Shown: positions 26,602 to 36,038 of the stretch, one piece after another
Layout of the letters: each line of letters starts with the position of its first letter
How positions within the stretch are numbered: the stretch's first letter is position 1
Origin: a virus
Virus genome (UHGV): UHGV-0132372
DNA length: 36,038 bases
Strand: one strand, 5' to 3'
The notes under the pieces: generated by a model
Told to the model about the DNA's origin: nothing
The model's database searches: none
The model's input: only the letters and a program-made list of their open reading frames with translations
Made by a program: the position numbers and the translations under genes

Positions 26602-27186
26602 ATGCTTTCTGAGAATGCTAAAGATATACCTGGATTTGAAGGTGTTTATGCCGTAACAGAAGATGGCAGGGTGCATTCTCACTCACGTGTTGTTAAGGCT
26701 GCGCATGGCAGCACGCAACTCAGAAAGGGGCGCTGGTTAAAGCCTAAAATAAATCAGGGAAGGGTGCTTTATAATATCGGAGCAAAATGGACTTTTGCCC
26801 ATCGAATCGTTGCAATGACATTCCTGCCAAATCCTGAAAACAAGCCTCAGGTAAATCATATTGATGGCAATCCACTCAATAATAACGTCAATAATCTTGA
26901 GTGGTGCACTCAAAGCGAAAACATCAAACATGCATACGCCACAGGATTAAAGAAACCAATCAAGTTTTTCGGAACCAAGCACCCAAAACACAAGTTGAGT
27001 GATGACGATGTTCTTGCAATCAAGTCATCAAAAGAAAGCTTGTCAGTAATTGCGGCTAAGTACGGGATATCTAAGACCTGGGCAAGTAGGCTAAAGCGTG
27101 ATGCTAACTGGGTTCATATAAAGGTTGATTCCAATGGCAATACAACAACTACCACTAATGAAGGGATTAGGGAAAAGTGCGGTTAA
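26602..27186 (+). CDS. HNH homing endonuclease (NUMOD4/HNH_3 with C-terminal HTH-like region)
   Basis: IPGFEGVYAVTEDG...AHRIVAMTF...NHIDGNPLNNNVNNLEWCTQSEN; AT-rich; 3' end overlaps the gene 10 start. Confidence 0.8.
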   Translation: MLSENAKDIPGFEGVYAVTEDGRVHSHSRVVKAAHGSTQLRKGRWLKPKINQGRVLYNIGAKWTFAHRIVAMTFLPNPENKPQVNHIDGNPLNNNVNNLEWCTQSENIKHAYATGLKKPIKFFGTKHPKHKLSDDDVLAIKSSKESLSVIAAKYGISKTWASRLKRDANWVHIKVDSNGNTTTTTNEGIREKCG

Positions 27187-28552
27187 TGCTGATTATATAG
27201 ACCAACTTCCAGTCAATCTTTTAGCTACGCCCAAGGAGGTGTTGAATTCATCGGGATATCTTCGCTCATTTCCGGGCATTGCCAAACGCTCTGATGTGAA
27301 CGGCGTATCTCGCGGAGTCGAGTACAACATGGCGCAGAATGCTGTTTATCGCGTGTGTGGTGGCAAACTGTACAAAGGAGAAAGTGAAGTCGGTGACGTC
27401 GCCGGAAGTGGTCGCGTATCAATGGCGCATGGTCGGACATCTCAGGCTGTAGGCGTTAATGGTCAACTGGTCGAGTATCGCTATGATGGCACGGTTAAAA
27501 CCGTCTCAAACTGGCCTACAGACAGCGGATTCACGCAGTATGAGTTAGGTTCGGTTCGTGACATTACTCGCTTACGTGGGCGTTATGCGTGGTCAAAAGA
27601 CGGTACTGATTCATGGTTCATCACTGACCCTGAAGACGAATCGCATCCTGACCGCTACAGTGCACAATATCGTGCAGAATCGCAGCCGGACGGCATCATC
27701 GGCATCGGAACATGGCGAGACTTCATCGTCTGCTTTGGTTCATCGACGATTGAATATTTCTCCCTGACTGGTGCAACCACCGTTGGTGCTGCTTTGTATG
27801 TCGCACAGCCATCGTTGATGGTGCAGAAAGGCATTGCAGGAACCTACTGCAAAACGCAGTTTTCTGATTCGTATGCGTTCATCAGCAATCCGGCAACAGG
27901 TGCGCCGTCTGTTTACATCATCGGATCCGGTCAGGTGTCACCAATCGCCAGCGCGAGCATTGAGAAAATCCTCCGCTCCTACACCGCGGATGAACTGGCT
28001 GATGGCGTGATGGAGTCTCTGCGATTTGATGCGCATGAACTGCTGATTATCCATCTTCCGCGCCATGTCCTCGTGTACGACGCATCTTCAAGCGCCAATG
28101 GTCCGCAATGGTGCGTACTGAAAACAGGACTGTATGACGATGTGTACCGCGCTATCGACTTCATTTACGAAGGCAATCAGATAACGTGCGGCGATAAGCT
28201 GGAATCCGTGACCGGGAAATTGCAGTTCGATATCAGCAGCCAGTACGACAAGCAGCAGGAACACCTGCTGTTTACTCCGTTGTTCAAAGCGGATAACGCC
28301 AGAGTGTTCGACCTTGAGGTTGAGTCGTCAACTGGCGTTGCGCAGTATGCTGACCGCCTGTTCCTCTCTGCAACCACTGACGGCATCAATTACGGACGTG
28401 AGCAGATGATTGAGCAGAATGAACCGTTCGTTTACGACAAACGCGTTTTGTGGAAGCGAGTCGGGCGCATCAGGAAAAATGTCGGCTTCAAATTGCGCGT
28501 TATCACGAAGTCACCTGTCACTCTTTCTGGCTGCCAGATAAGGATTGAGTAA
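27134..28552 (+). CDS. tail hub / head-completion protein (P22 gp10-like)
   Basis: Long collinear similarity to P22 gp10 as recalled (…[27 protein letters not shown]…SGCQIR.E); ATG at 27134 (the ORF track starts at TTG 27125). Confidence 0.85.
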   Translation: MAIQQLPLMKGLGKSAVNADYIDQLPVNLLATPKEVLNSSGYLRSFPGIAKRSDVNGVSRGVEYNMAQNAVYRVCGGKLYKGESEVGDVAGSGRVSMAHGRTSQAVGVNGQLVEYRYDGTVKTVSNWPTDSGFTQYELGSVRDITRLRGRYAWSKDGTDSWFITDPEDESHPDRYSAQYRAESQPDGIIGIGTWRDFIVCFGSSTIEYFSLTGATTVGAALYVAQPSLMVQKGIAGTYCKTQFSDSYAFISNPATGAPSVYIIGSGQVSPIASASIEKILRSYTADELADGVMESLRFDAHELLIIHLPRHVLVYDASSSANGPQWCVLKTGLYDDVYRAIDFIYEGNQITCGDKLESVTGKLQFDISSQYDKQQEHLLFTPLFKADNARVFDLEVESSTGVAQYADRLFLSATTDGINYGREQMIEQNEPFVYDKRVLWKRVGRIRKNVGFKLRVITKSPVTLSGCQIRIE

Positions 28553-29253
28553 TGGCGGATTCATCACTGAATAATCCTGTCGCGGTTCAGGCTACGCGCC
28601 TTGATGCTTCAATTTTGCCACGCAATATCTTCTCGCAGTCGTATCTGCTGTACGTTCTCGCGCAAGGTACTGATGTTGGTAACGTGGCGAACAAGGCCAA
28701 TGAAGCAGGGCAGGGCGCTTATGATGCACAGGTCAGGAACGATGAGCAGGATGTGATTCTGGTCGATCACGAAGAAAGAATTCGTCAGCTCCGCATTGAA
28801 GTAGATGACCATGAAATCCGTATTGCTGCGAATACTGCGGCAATTGCAGCGCTGGATGTCAGACTAACCACGGCTGAAGGAGAAATAGTCACTTTACAGG
28901 CTGACGTCAGCGCTCTTGATGGCCGGGTTACGACTGCTGAGAGCAACATTTCTGCATTACAGGACGACTATGTATCGAAAACAGCCACTGCAACACAATC
29001 GCTGGCATCTCCCCTCAATGTAACAACATCCTATTCGGTCGGCGGCACCAAGGTTATTGGTGCTCGTCAGACAGGGTGGACAGCGGCTACAGGTACGGCT
29101 CTTCGCGGCTCATTCAACGCTAACCAGACATACACGGTAAGTGCCACATACACACGGTCTGAGGTGTCGGCTATGGCTACAGGATTGCAGCAGGCGCGGC
29201 AGCGTATCAAAGCTCTGGAAGATGCATTACGGACTCATGGGTTGATTGACTGA
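28552..29253 (+). CDS. tail needle (P22 gp26-like)
   Basis: [35 protein letters not shown]...coiled-coil...ALRTHGLID matches P22 gp26. Confidence 0.9.
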   Translation: MADSSLNNPVAVQATRLDASILPRNIFSQSYLLYVLAQGTDVGNVANKANEAGQGAYDAQVRNDEQDVILVDHEERIRQLRIEVDDHEIRIAANTAAIAALDVRLTTAEGEIVTLQADVSALDGRVTTAESNISALQDDYVSKTATATQSLASPLNVTTSYSVGGTKVIGARQTGWTAATGTALRGSFNANQTYTVSATYTRSEVSAMATGLQQARQRIKALEDALRTHGLID

Positions 29254-29708
29254 TGATTACATTCAAACCAACGCGAAACATCGACCTGATAGAAGCAGTA
29301 GGAAATCACCCTGACATTATCGCCGGGAGCAACAACGGTGATGGATACGACTACAAACCTGATTGCCGTTACTTTGAGGTGAACGTGCACGGGCAGTTCG
29401 GCGGCATTGTTTACTATCAGGAGATTCAGCCGCTGACATTCGATTGCCACGCCATGTACCTGCCAGAGGTTCGTGGCTTCAGCAAGGAAATCGGGCTGGC
29501 GTTCTGGCGATACATTCTGACTAACACCACCGTTCAGTGCGTCACATCGTTCGCCGCACGCAAATTCCGCCACGGGCAGATTTACTGCGCAATGATTGGC
29601 CTTAAGCGTGTCGGAACCATCAAGAAATACTTTAAAGGCGTGGATGACGTGACTTTTTACAGCGCCACACGCGAAGAACTAATCGACTTCCTGAATCACG
29701 GGAGATAG
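29253..29708 (+). CDS. head assembly / ejection-associated protein (gp14 position)
   Basis: Assigned by gene order after gp26. Confidence 0.55.
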   Translation: MITFKPTRNIDLIEAVGNHPDIIAGSNNGDGYDYKPDCRYFEVNVHGQFGGIVYYQEIQPLTFDCHAMYLPEVRGFSKEIGLAFWRYILTNTTVQCVTSFAARKFRHGQIYCAMIGLKRVGTIKKYFKGVDDVTFYSATREELIDFLNHGR

Positions 29709-29710
29709 CC

Positions 29711-30403
29711 ATGTTATATGCATTTAAGCTGGGCAGAAAACTGCGCGGCGAGGAACCTTATTGCCCTGAAAAAGGCGGGAAAGGTGGCAGTTCTGATAAA
29801 AGCGCAAAGTATGCAGCAGAAGCCCAGAAGTATGCCGCAGACCTGCAAAATCAGCAGTGGCAGACGATCATGAAAAACCTTGCTCCGTTCACGCCGCTTG
29901 CGGAGCAGTATGTTAACCAGCTTCAGAATCTTTCCAGTTTAGAAGGTCAGGGGCAGGCACTTAATCAGTATTACAATTCTCAGCAGTATAAAGACCTTGC
30001 AGGTCAGGCTCGTTACCAGAGTCTTGCTGCTGCGGAGGCGACTGGCGGACTTGGTTCGACAGCTACAAGCAATCAACTGGCTACGATCGCGCCGACTCTC
30101 GGTCAGTCGTGGTTATCAAACCAGATGAGCAATTACAACAATCTGGCAAACGTTGGGCTTGGTGCGCTGCAAGGTCAGGCAAACGCTGGGCAGACATACG
30201 CCAACAACATGAGCAGCATTGCACAGCAAAGTGCAGCACTTGCCGCTGCTAATGCCAATAAACCATCAAGTCTTCAGACTGCAATTAGCGGTGGCACGTC
30301 TGGTGCGATTGCCGGTGCAGGTCTTGCCAGTCTTTTGGGAACATCAACGCCTTGGGGCGCTGGCATTGGTGCTGGTATCGGATTGCTTGGCTCGTTGTTT
30401 TAA
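29711..30403 (+). CDS. ejection protein (gp7-like)
   Basis: Gln/Ala/Gly-rich 230-aa protein with a Gly-rich hydrophobic C-terminus; gene order. Confidence 0.65.
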   Translation: MLYAFKLGRKLRGEEPYCPEKGGKGGSSDKSAKYAAEAQKYAADLQNQQWQTIMKNLAPFTPLAEQYVNQLQNLSSLEGQGQALNQYYNSQQYKDLAGQARYQSLAAAEATGGLGSTATSNQLATIAPTLGQSWLSNQMSNYNNLANVGLGALQGQANAGQTYANNMSSIAQQSAALAAANANKPSSLQTAISGGTSGAIAGAGLASLLGTSTPWGAGIGAGIGLLGSLF

Positions 30404-30412
30404 GGGGTAATC

Positions 30413-31801
30413 ATGGCTACTTGGCAAGGAACAAACGGCGGATTGTTGGCTGGTATCGGCGGCGTCAACTCAAACGCTCCGAGCGTAAATGACATCGGCA
30501 ATACGCTTCAGCTTATCAGGCAGAACAATGATATTGAGCGTTCAGGCGCTAACAATGTTGGGCTGACTGCTTTGCAAGGCCTTTCAGGTATTGCAGGGGT
30601 GTTTCAGCAGGAAAAGCAGGCTCAGCGGCAGAAAGAATTTCAGCAGGCGTACGCTAATGCTTATGCGTCTGGTGATCGCGGCGCTTTGCGTCAGTTGGCT
30701 ACTCAATATCCAGACCAGATTGAATCCGTTCGTAAAGGCATGGGATTCATTGATGAAGACCAGCGTAATTCTATCGGCACCTTAGCGGCTGGCGCACGCC
30801 TTGCGTCATCGTCTCCAGAAGCAATGCAATCATGGCTGCAAAACAACACCAAGGAACTGACTCGCGTCGGTGTTGACCCTAACAGCGTTGCTCAGATGTA
30901 TCAGCAGAACCCTTCAGGATTTGGTGAGTTTGTTGATCACCTTGGAATGGCTGCTCTTGGTCCGATTGATTACTTCAATGTTCAGGACAAGATGGCTGGT
31001 CGTGAAATTGACCGAGGCAGGCTGGCAGAGACAATCCGCAGCAATCAGGCTGGCGAGGCGCTAACAGCACGAGGTCAGAACATCACGATGCGCGGTCAGG
31101 ATTTATCTGCTTCTACTGCGCGACGCGGGCAGGATTTGGCAATGCAGCGAGCGTCAACAAGAGGAACCGCTGGGAATGATGAGCGTACAGTTCAGTTATC
31201 AGATGGCAGAACTGTAACGGTAGGCGGGAAACTTCACGGCGCTGGGGCTAATGCGTTCTACGAAGGTATCGACAACGAGGGGAATATGGTTCGCGTCCCT
31301 GCTGGCTCTATTGCCGCTCCGGCTACATCGGCAGCAAGCGCGCAGAATTACGCAATGAAGAAAGATCTTGATGCAATTTCTGGTGCATCAATTGACGATC
31401 TTGGCTTCATGACTGGCATTACAGGCTCTTCAGGTTCTCCTGCTCTTGGTGCAGATATTCGTAGCCGTGCATCTGGTGGTGATCAGAGGAAACTATACAA
31501 CGCTGCACAGCGAATCCAAGGAAAGATGCAGAATCAGGGCATTGCAGCAGCCAGAGACATGGGGGCATCCGGTATCAACACCGTTGCAGAAGCAAAGCTG
31601 TATTTTCAAGGTATGCCACAGGTTGATTTCTCAAGCCCTGAAGCACTGCAACAATCAATGCGCGACATTCAGCAATATACCGACAATTACAACCAGCAAT
31701 ATAACGTTAATGTTGGTAAATCTCAGCGGCAGCAATCTCAACCTACACAGGTATCACAGCCAGCAGCCAGCAGTAATTTTTCTTCACTATGGGGTGATTA
31801 A
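30413..31801 (+). CDS. ejection protein (gp20-like)
   Basis: Gene order and size (462 aa). Confidence 0.65.
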   Translation: MATWQGTNGGLLAGIGGVNSNAPSVNDIGNTLQLIRQNNDIERSGANNVGLTALQGLSGIAGVFQQEKQAQRQKEFQQAYANAYASGDRGALRQLATQYPDQIESVRKGMGFIDEDQRNSIGTLAAGARLASSSPEAMQSWLQNNTKELTRVGVDPNSVAQMYQQNPSGFGEFVDHLGMAALGPIDYFNVQDKMAGREIDRGRLAETIRSNQAGEALTARGQNITMRGQDLSASTARRGQDLAMQRASTRGTAGNDERTVQLSDGRTVTVGGKLHGAGANAFYEGIDNEGNMVRVPAGSIAAPATSAASAQNYAMKKDLDAISGASIDDLGFMTGITGSSGSPALGADIRSRASGGDQRKLYNAAQRIQGKMQNQGIAAARDMGASGINTVAEAKLYFQGMPQVDFSSPEALQQSMRDIQQYTDNYNQQYNVNVGKSQRQQSQPTQVSQPAASSNFSSLWGD

Positions 31802-33798
31802 TGGCTAAAGCATGGAAAGATGTTATCGCCTCTCCACAGTATCAGGCGTTAGCACCAGAACAAAAAGCGCAGGCTCAGGAGCAATACTTCAATGAAGTCG
31901 TGGCCCCGCAAGCCGGAGAAAATGCAGAGCAGGCTAAGCAAGCTTTCTATGCTGCCTATCCATTGCCATCTGCGCAGCCAGTTGATACACAGCAACCAGT
32001 AGCACAGCAACAACCACAGCAAAGTGGATTTATGTCTGATCTTGGCGAAGCAGTAAAAGAGACTGGTCGCGGACTGGTACAGGCTGGCGTGAACGTGGCA
32101 AACATACCTGCATCAGTTGCCGATGCTGTAACAAGCGCGGCGGCATGGGCTGGCGGTAAACTCGGTATTGGTGATGGTACATATCAACCAGCGCCACGAG
32201 TAACAACGCAGGGATTAGAGCAGGACTTTGGCCTTCAGCAAGGCGCGCTGACTCCACAAACTACAGAGGGAAGGGTATTTGCTGAGGCATTGCCTTACCT
32301 CACTCCTGCTGGCATTGAGAGAGCGGCAACACAGGCACCAACACTCGCTGGTAGAATTGCTCAGGGTGCAACTCGCCTTCTCGCTGAAAACGCAGTCGGG
32401 TCACTTGCTGCAAATAGTGCGAAAGATGATGCGGAAGCCCTCGCCACCGATTTAGGCGTTGGTGTGCTGGCTGGCGGTGCTATTAACGCTGCCGGACGTG
32501 GATTAGGTGCTGCTTATCGTGGCGTTCGTGGTGCTATTGCGCCAGAAGCGCAGCAGGCTATCAGATTTGCAGAGCGTGAAGGAGTTCCTCTGCACACCAC
32601 AGACCTGTTACAGCCTACTTCCCGCGTCGGAAAAATGGCGCAGACGACAGCGGAAAATATCCCCCTGGCTGGCACAAGCGGAATGAGAGCAACGCAACAG
32701 GAAGCGAGAAGCCAGTTGGTGCAGAGATTTGCTGATAAATTCGGTGAGTATGATCCAGCAGTTGTTATTGACAGCCTTAAAGCGAAAACATCAGGAATTC
32801 GTCGTGCCGCCGGGAACCGTCTTGAGCAGGTTCAGAATGCAATGGCGGGAGTCAATATCCAGCCTGCGCGAGCAATTCAGCAGATTGATACAGAAATATC
32901 TAACCTGCAGAAGCTTGGTAAGGTCGCCGATAACGAGACTATTTCAAAACTTCAGTCCTATCGTGATGAGCTTGTTCGCAATGCTGGCCCTGATGGTCCG
33001 GTAAATCTGGACTTGAAGCAATTAAGCGATCTGCGCAGCCAGTTCAGAATGGACGTGAAGGGTGAGCGACCAGTGTTACCAAACCGTTCCGATGCCGCCA
33101 TTCAGCGCGTTTACAAGGCGATGACCGACGATATCAATGGTGCCATTGGTCAGAATCTTGGCAACGATACTCTCCGTAAATATCAGCAGGCCAATGCCGT
33201 CTACGCTGACGAAGCGGCGAAACTCAAGAATACCAGGCTGAAGAATGTTCTCATGAAAGGCGATCTGACGCCGGAAGTTGTCAATAACATGCTATTCAGC
33301 AAGAACAAATCTGAAATTAAGACACTGTATAACTCAGTTGGTCGTGTTGGCAGGGCGCAAATGCGCAATGGCATCATTGGAAAGGCGATGGAGAAATCAG
33401 GTGGATCCCCTGACCAGTTTCTGAGGCAGGTTAATTTGATGTCTAACCAGACGGGAATTGCGTTCAAAGGGCGTGATGCTGCGTATCTGAAAGGGATGAA
33501 GAACTACCTAGAGTCGACCAAGAGAGCAGGGCAGGCCAGAGTCACAACGCCAACTGGTCAGCAGGCTATACCGTTCATTATGGGTATAGGCTCTGTAGTA
33601 AATCCTAAAGTAGCTGCAATTGGTGGTGGCTACGGACTTCTTGCAAGAATGTATGAAAGCGAACCTGCACGCAATGCAATGCTTCGCCTGGCTAATACAC
33701 CGAGAGGCTCAACCGCATTTGAGAAAGCGTTATCTGATGTCGAACGTGTTGTTAACTCATTCGCTCAGGGTGCTAAATCAGAAGCTTTAAGCGAATAA
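31801..33798 (+). CDS. ejection protein (gp16-like)
   Basis: Gene order and size (665 aa). Confidence 0.65.
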   Translation: MAKAWKDVIASPQYQALAPEQKAQAQEQYFNEVVAPQAGENAEQAKQAFYAAYPLPSAQPVDTQQPVAQQQPQQSGFMSDLGEAVKETGRGLVQAGVNVANIPASVADAVTSAAAWAGGKLGIGDGTYQPAPRVTTQGLEQDFGLQQGALTPQTTEGRVFAEALPYLTPAGIERAATQAPTLAGRIAQGATRLLAENAVGSLAANSAKDDAEALATDLGVGVLAGGAINAAGRGLGAAYRGVRGAIAPEAQQAIRFAEREGVPLHTTDLLQPTSRVGKMAQTTAENIPLAGTSGMRATQQEARSQLVQRFADKFGEYDPAVVIDSLKAKTSGIRRAAGNRLEQVQNAMAGVNIQPARAIQQIDTEISNLQKLGKVADNETISKLQSYRDELVRNAGPDGPVNLDLKQLSDLRSQFRMDVKGERPVLPNRSDAAIQRVYKAMTDDINGAIGQNLGNDTLRKYQQANAVYADEAAKLKNTRLKNVLMKGDLTPEVVNNMLFSKNKSEIKTLYNSVGRVGRAQMRNGIIGKAMEKSGGSPDQFLRQVNLMSNQTGIAFKGRDAAYLKGMKNYLESTKRAGQARVTTPTGQQAIPFIMGIGSVVNPKVAAIGGGYGLLARMYESEPARNAMLRLANTPRGSTAFEKALSDVERVVNSFAQGAKSEALSE

Positions 33799-34083
33799 AA
33801 GCTTTCCTACAACAAGTCCGAACATTAAGAACGCAAAGTTCAATAAATCTCTGTCCATAAATCCTCCTGTTTACCAAAACTATATCAAACTTTAACGCAA
33901 TGCTGCGCAACTTAAGTGACTTTCAGGTTGATAACAGACACTCTTTTTTGCATGATTCCTTTAGACCATCACAATTGATGAAGAATCATGAAAAGAAGAA
34001 CTCTTCTAAAGTCTTTGCTCGGCCTGACGTCACTCTTACCAGTTAAGTTTGCAGCATCTCAAAACCTGCAAGGTAAAAGTATA

Positions 34084-35988
34084 ATGTCAGACATTACACC
34101 CAATGTTGTAGTGAGTATGCCTTCGCAACTCTTCACTATGGCTCGTTCTTTTAAAGCCGTAGCTAATGGTAAAATTTATATCGGTAAAATTGACACTGAC
34201 CCGGTAAATCCTGAAAACCAGATTCAGGTTTATGTGGAAAATGAAGACGGTTCTCACGTTCCTGTTTCGCAACCAATCATCATTAACGCTGCTGGATATC
34301 CGGTATATAACGGACAGATTGCCAAGTTCGTTACTGTGCAAGGCCATTCCATGGCTGTTTATGATGCGTATGGGGCGCAACAATTCTATTTTCCAAACGT
34401 ATTGAAGTATGATCCAGATCAATTAGAAAGCAGGTTGTCGGAAACTAATAGTACAGTAATGATATCTGGAGTAACCGCATCAAAAATAGCAAGTAATGTT
34501 ATTGCAACAGAATATCTTGAGTCGCCAAATGTATATGATGTGTTTGTTACGTATGGGCAGTCAAATAGCGCAGGTGAGGCTATTTTATCTGGCGATACGT
34601 CAGGCTTTCCTGCCGCTCTGCCGAAATCACTAATGTATGATTTTAGTGATGGAGCAATAAAGCCAATTATACAGAATGTGGTTAGTTCTTCTGGCGTTGC
34701 ATCATCTGGACATGCATGGGGGGAATTCGAGAATGAATGGTATCGCCTTAGCGGGCGCGGTTCAGTGGAGGTACACTGCGGCCGTGGCGCAACTACCATT
34801 GCACAGCTATCAAAAGGGACCACATACTACACGCTGTTGGTAAATGCCGTGGCGTCAGCTAAACAGGCAATGATTGCCGCTGGTTTGCCTGTCGGTAAAA
34901 CGTACGTGATGTACCACCAGGGTGAGTCGGATATGACGGCAGGGACAACATACAATGCTTATAGAGACAGCTTTATAGCCTTGATAGATGATCTGAAAAC
35001 CGATATTAATTTTGATTTATTTTGTAATTTTACCGTTGGTTGCCCGGGGAACCGAACGGAAGAATCATGGGCTGCTATTCAAAATGCGCAAAGGTGGGTT
35101 TGTAATAGCAAGACTAACGCTGTGACAGTATTTGACGGTTGCCCTTCATTTTTAAAAGGCGATGGCAATATTGGCACTACTGATGGAGGCGTTCACTATA
35201 CGCAACGCGGTTACAATACAATGGGGCGAGAAGGTGCCAGAGGATTATGGTCATTAGTTAAAGGTGGGGCAAGCAATAAAACCTCAACCGATTTAGCACA
35301 ATATTCAAATTTTGCCCCACCGTGGACAAGGGCGAAATTAGTCGCCGGTACTATTAAATACAGCAATGATAACGCTAAATGGGTTCTTTTATCTAAAGAA
35401 GTAAACAGTGAATGGAAAGTTTCCAATGCCCATAAATTAGTTGTTTCTGCTGATGGGGAATATTTTTCTGTAGAAATTGCAGACAATGCCGAAAACTGGT
35501 TTTATGCCGCCGCGGGCGTCGACCGCGCTACAGCTATAACAGGTGTCAGGTCCTACGCAGAACCTCTTCGTGTGGGAAATGCATTCACATTAAAAATTAC
35601 TATGCATGCCGACGTTTCTTTCCTTGTTAATACAAAAACAGGAGTCATTCGTTATGGAAGACCGCCTTCAGGCTCTGGTGTCCCAGAGTGGATTAGAAAT
35701 AATATCTCTGTTTCTGTGGTGAGTGCTGGCATCGTGGAAATAACGCATGGCCGCACTGCAACAATGCCATCAGCAACATATTACGCCACTAGTGACGGAA
35801 CATTATCTGCGGCAAATGTATCTGTATATGCCGGGTCAACCACAACGACAAGAGTTTATTGTGATAAAGCAAACACTGATAATCCCTGGGTGGTTGTTAC
35901 ACTTAGAGATTTACTAATTACTCCTGCCAACATGCAACATTACGATATTTCAATTAACTTTAACGGAATTTATGCGCCATCCGCATGA
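34084..35988 (+). CDS. tailspike: P22-type head-binding domain fused to an SGNH/SASA-like esterase receptor domain
   Basis: N-terminus [12 protein letters not shown]...[23 protein letters not shown]...[13 protein letters not shown]...NVLKYDPDQ matches the P22 gp9 head-binding domain; downstream GQSNSAG and HQGESDM motifs; start placed at ATG 34084 (the ORF track extends to 33988). Confidence 0.8.
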   Translation: MSDITPNVVVSMPSQLFTMARSFKAVANGKIYIGKIDTDPVNPENQIQVYVENEDGSHVPVSQPIIINAAGYPVYNGQIAKFVTVQGHSMAVYDAYGAQQFYFPNVLKYDPDQLESRLSETNSTVMISGVTASKIASNVIATEYLESPNVYDVFVTYGQSNSAGEAILSGDTSGFPAALPKSLMYDFSDGAIKPIIQNVVSSSGVASSGHAWGEFENEWYRLSGRGSVEVHCGRGATTIAQLSKGTTYYTLLVNAVASAKQAMIAAGLPVGKTYVMYHQGESDMTAGTTYNAYRDSFIALIDDLKTDINFDLFCNFTVGCPGNRTEESWAAIQNAQRWVCNSKTNAVTVFDGCPSFLKGDGNIGTTDGGVHYTQRGYNTMGREGARGLWSLVKGGASNKTSTDLAQYSNFAPPWTRAKLVAGTIKYSNDNAKWVLLSKEVNSEWKVSNAHKLVVSADGEYFSVEIADNAENWFYAAAGVDRATAITGVRSYAEPLRVGNAFTLKITMHADVSFLVNTKTGVIRYGRPPSGSGVPEWIRNNISVSVVSAGIVEITHGRTATMPSATYYATSDGTLSAANVSVYAGSTTTTRVYCDKANTDNPWVVVTLRDLLITPANMQHYDISINFNGIYAPSA

Positions 35989-36038
35989 TATTTCGATGGT
36001 TATGTAATTAATATATTCTGTAGAATAACCCCACATTA

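Noticed and set aside
33988-34083. N-terminal extension of the tailspike ORF resembling a signal peptide ([19 protein letters not shown]...)
   Set aside because: Homology to the P22 head-binding domain begins at the ATG at 34084; tailspikes are not secreted; the extension is probably out-of-gene read-through of the ORF finder.
35989-36038. Possible attR or tRNA attachment site after the tailspike
   Set aside because: Only 50 bp are available; no recognisable tRNA 3' end or repeat can be established.

Overview
This window is an almost complete lambdoid temperate phage or prophage of an enterobacterial host, with P22-type morphogenesis genes; integrase, excisionase and att sites are not in the window. 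Minus strand, 1-8360: the leftward pL operon, with lambda-type N, nutL, cIII and a possible Kil, a Sak4-like ATPase plus SSB-like recombination pair in place of Red, and many unknown accessory genes including Ea22-like paralogs. Centre, 8357-9731: immunity region with a cI/C2-type repressor, a Cro-like protein and 3+3 operator repeats that are not lambda-type, followed by lambda-type nutR, cII and the oop terminator. Plus strand, 9753-17362: an HNH-domain protein, replication initiator with internal iteron-like repeats, DnaC-like loader, nin region (ninB, ninE, ninF, an inserted HNH homing endonuclease, YbcO-like, rusA, ninH), Q-type antiterminator, and a lysis cassette (dual-start S holin, lysozyme, Rz/Rz1). 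Plus strand, 17564-35988: a KilA-N moron, an HslV/proteasome-like hydrolase cassette, then a P22-order structural module (gp3, gp2, gp1, gp8, gp5, gp4, gp10, gp26, gp14, gp7, gp20, gp16, tailspike). The most unusual items are the phage-encoded HslV-like Ntn-hydrolase in front of the terminase genes, a tailspike whose receptor domain looks like an SGNH/SASA esterase, a homing endonuclease inserted into gene 10 with a duplicated, recoded 5' end, and an uncharacterised cassette with repeat scars between N and cIII. All calls come from reading the sequence and from remembered protein families; no database search was run.
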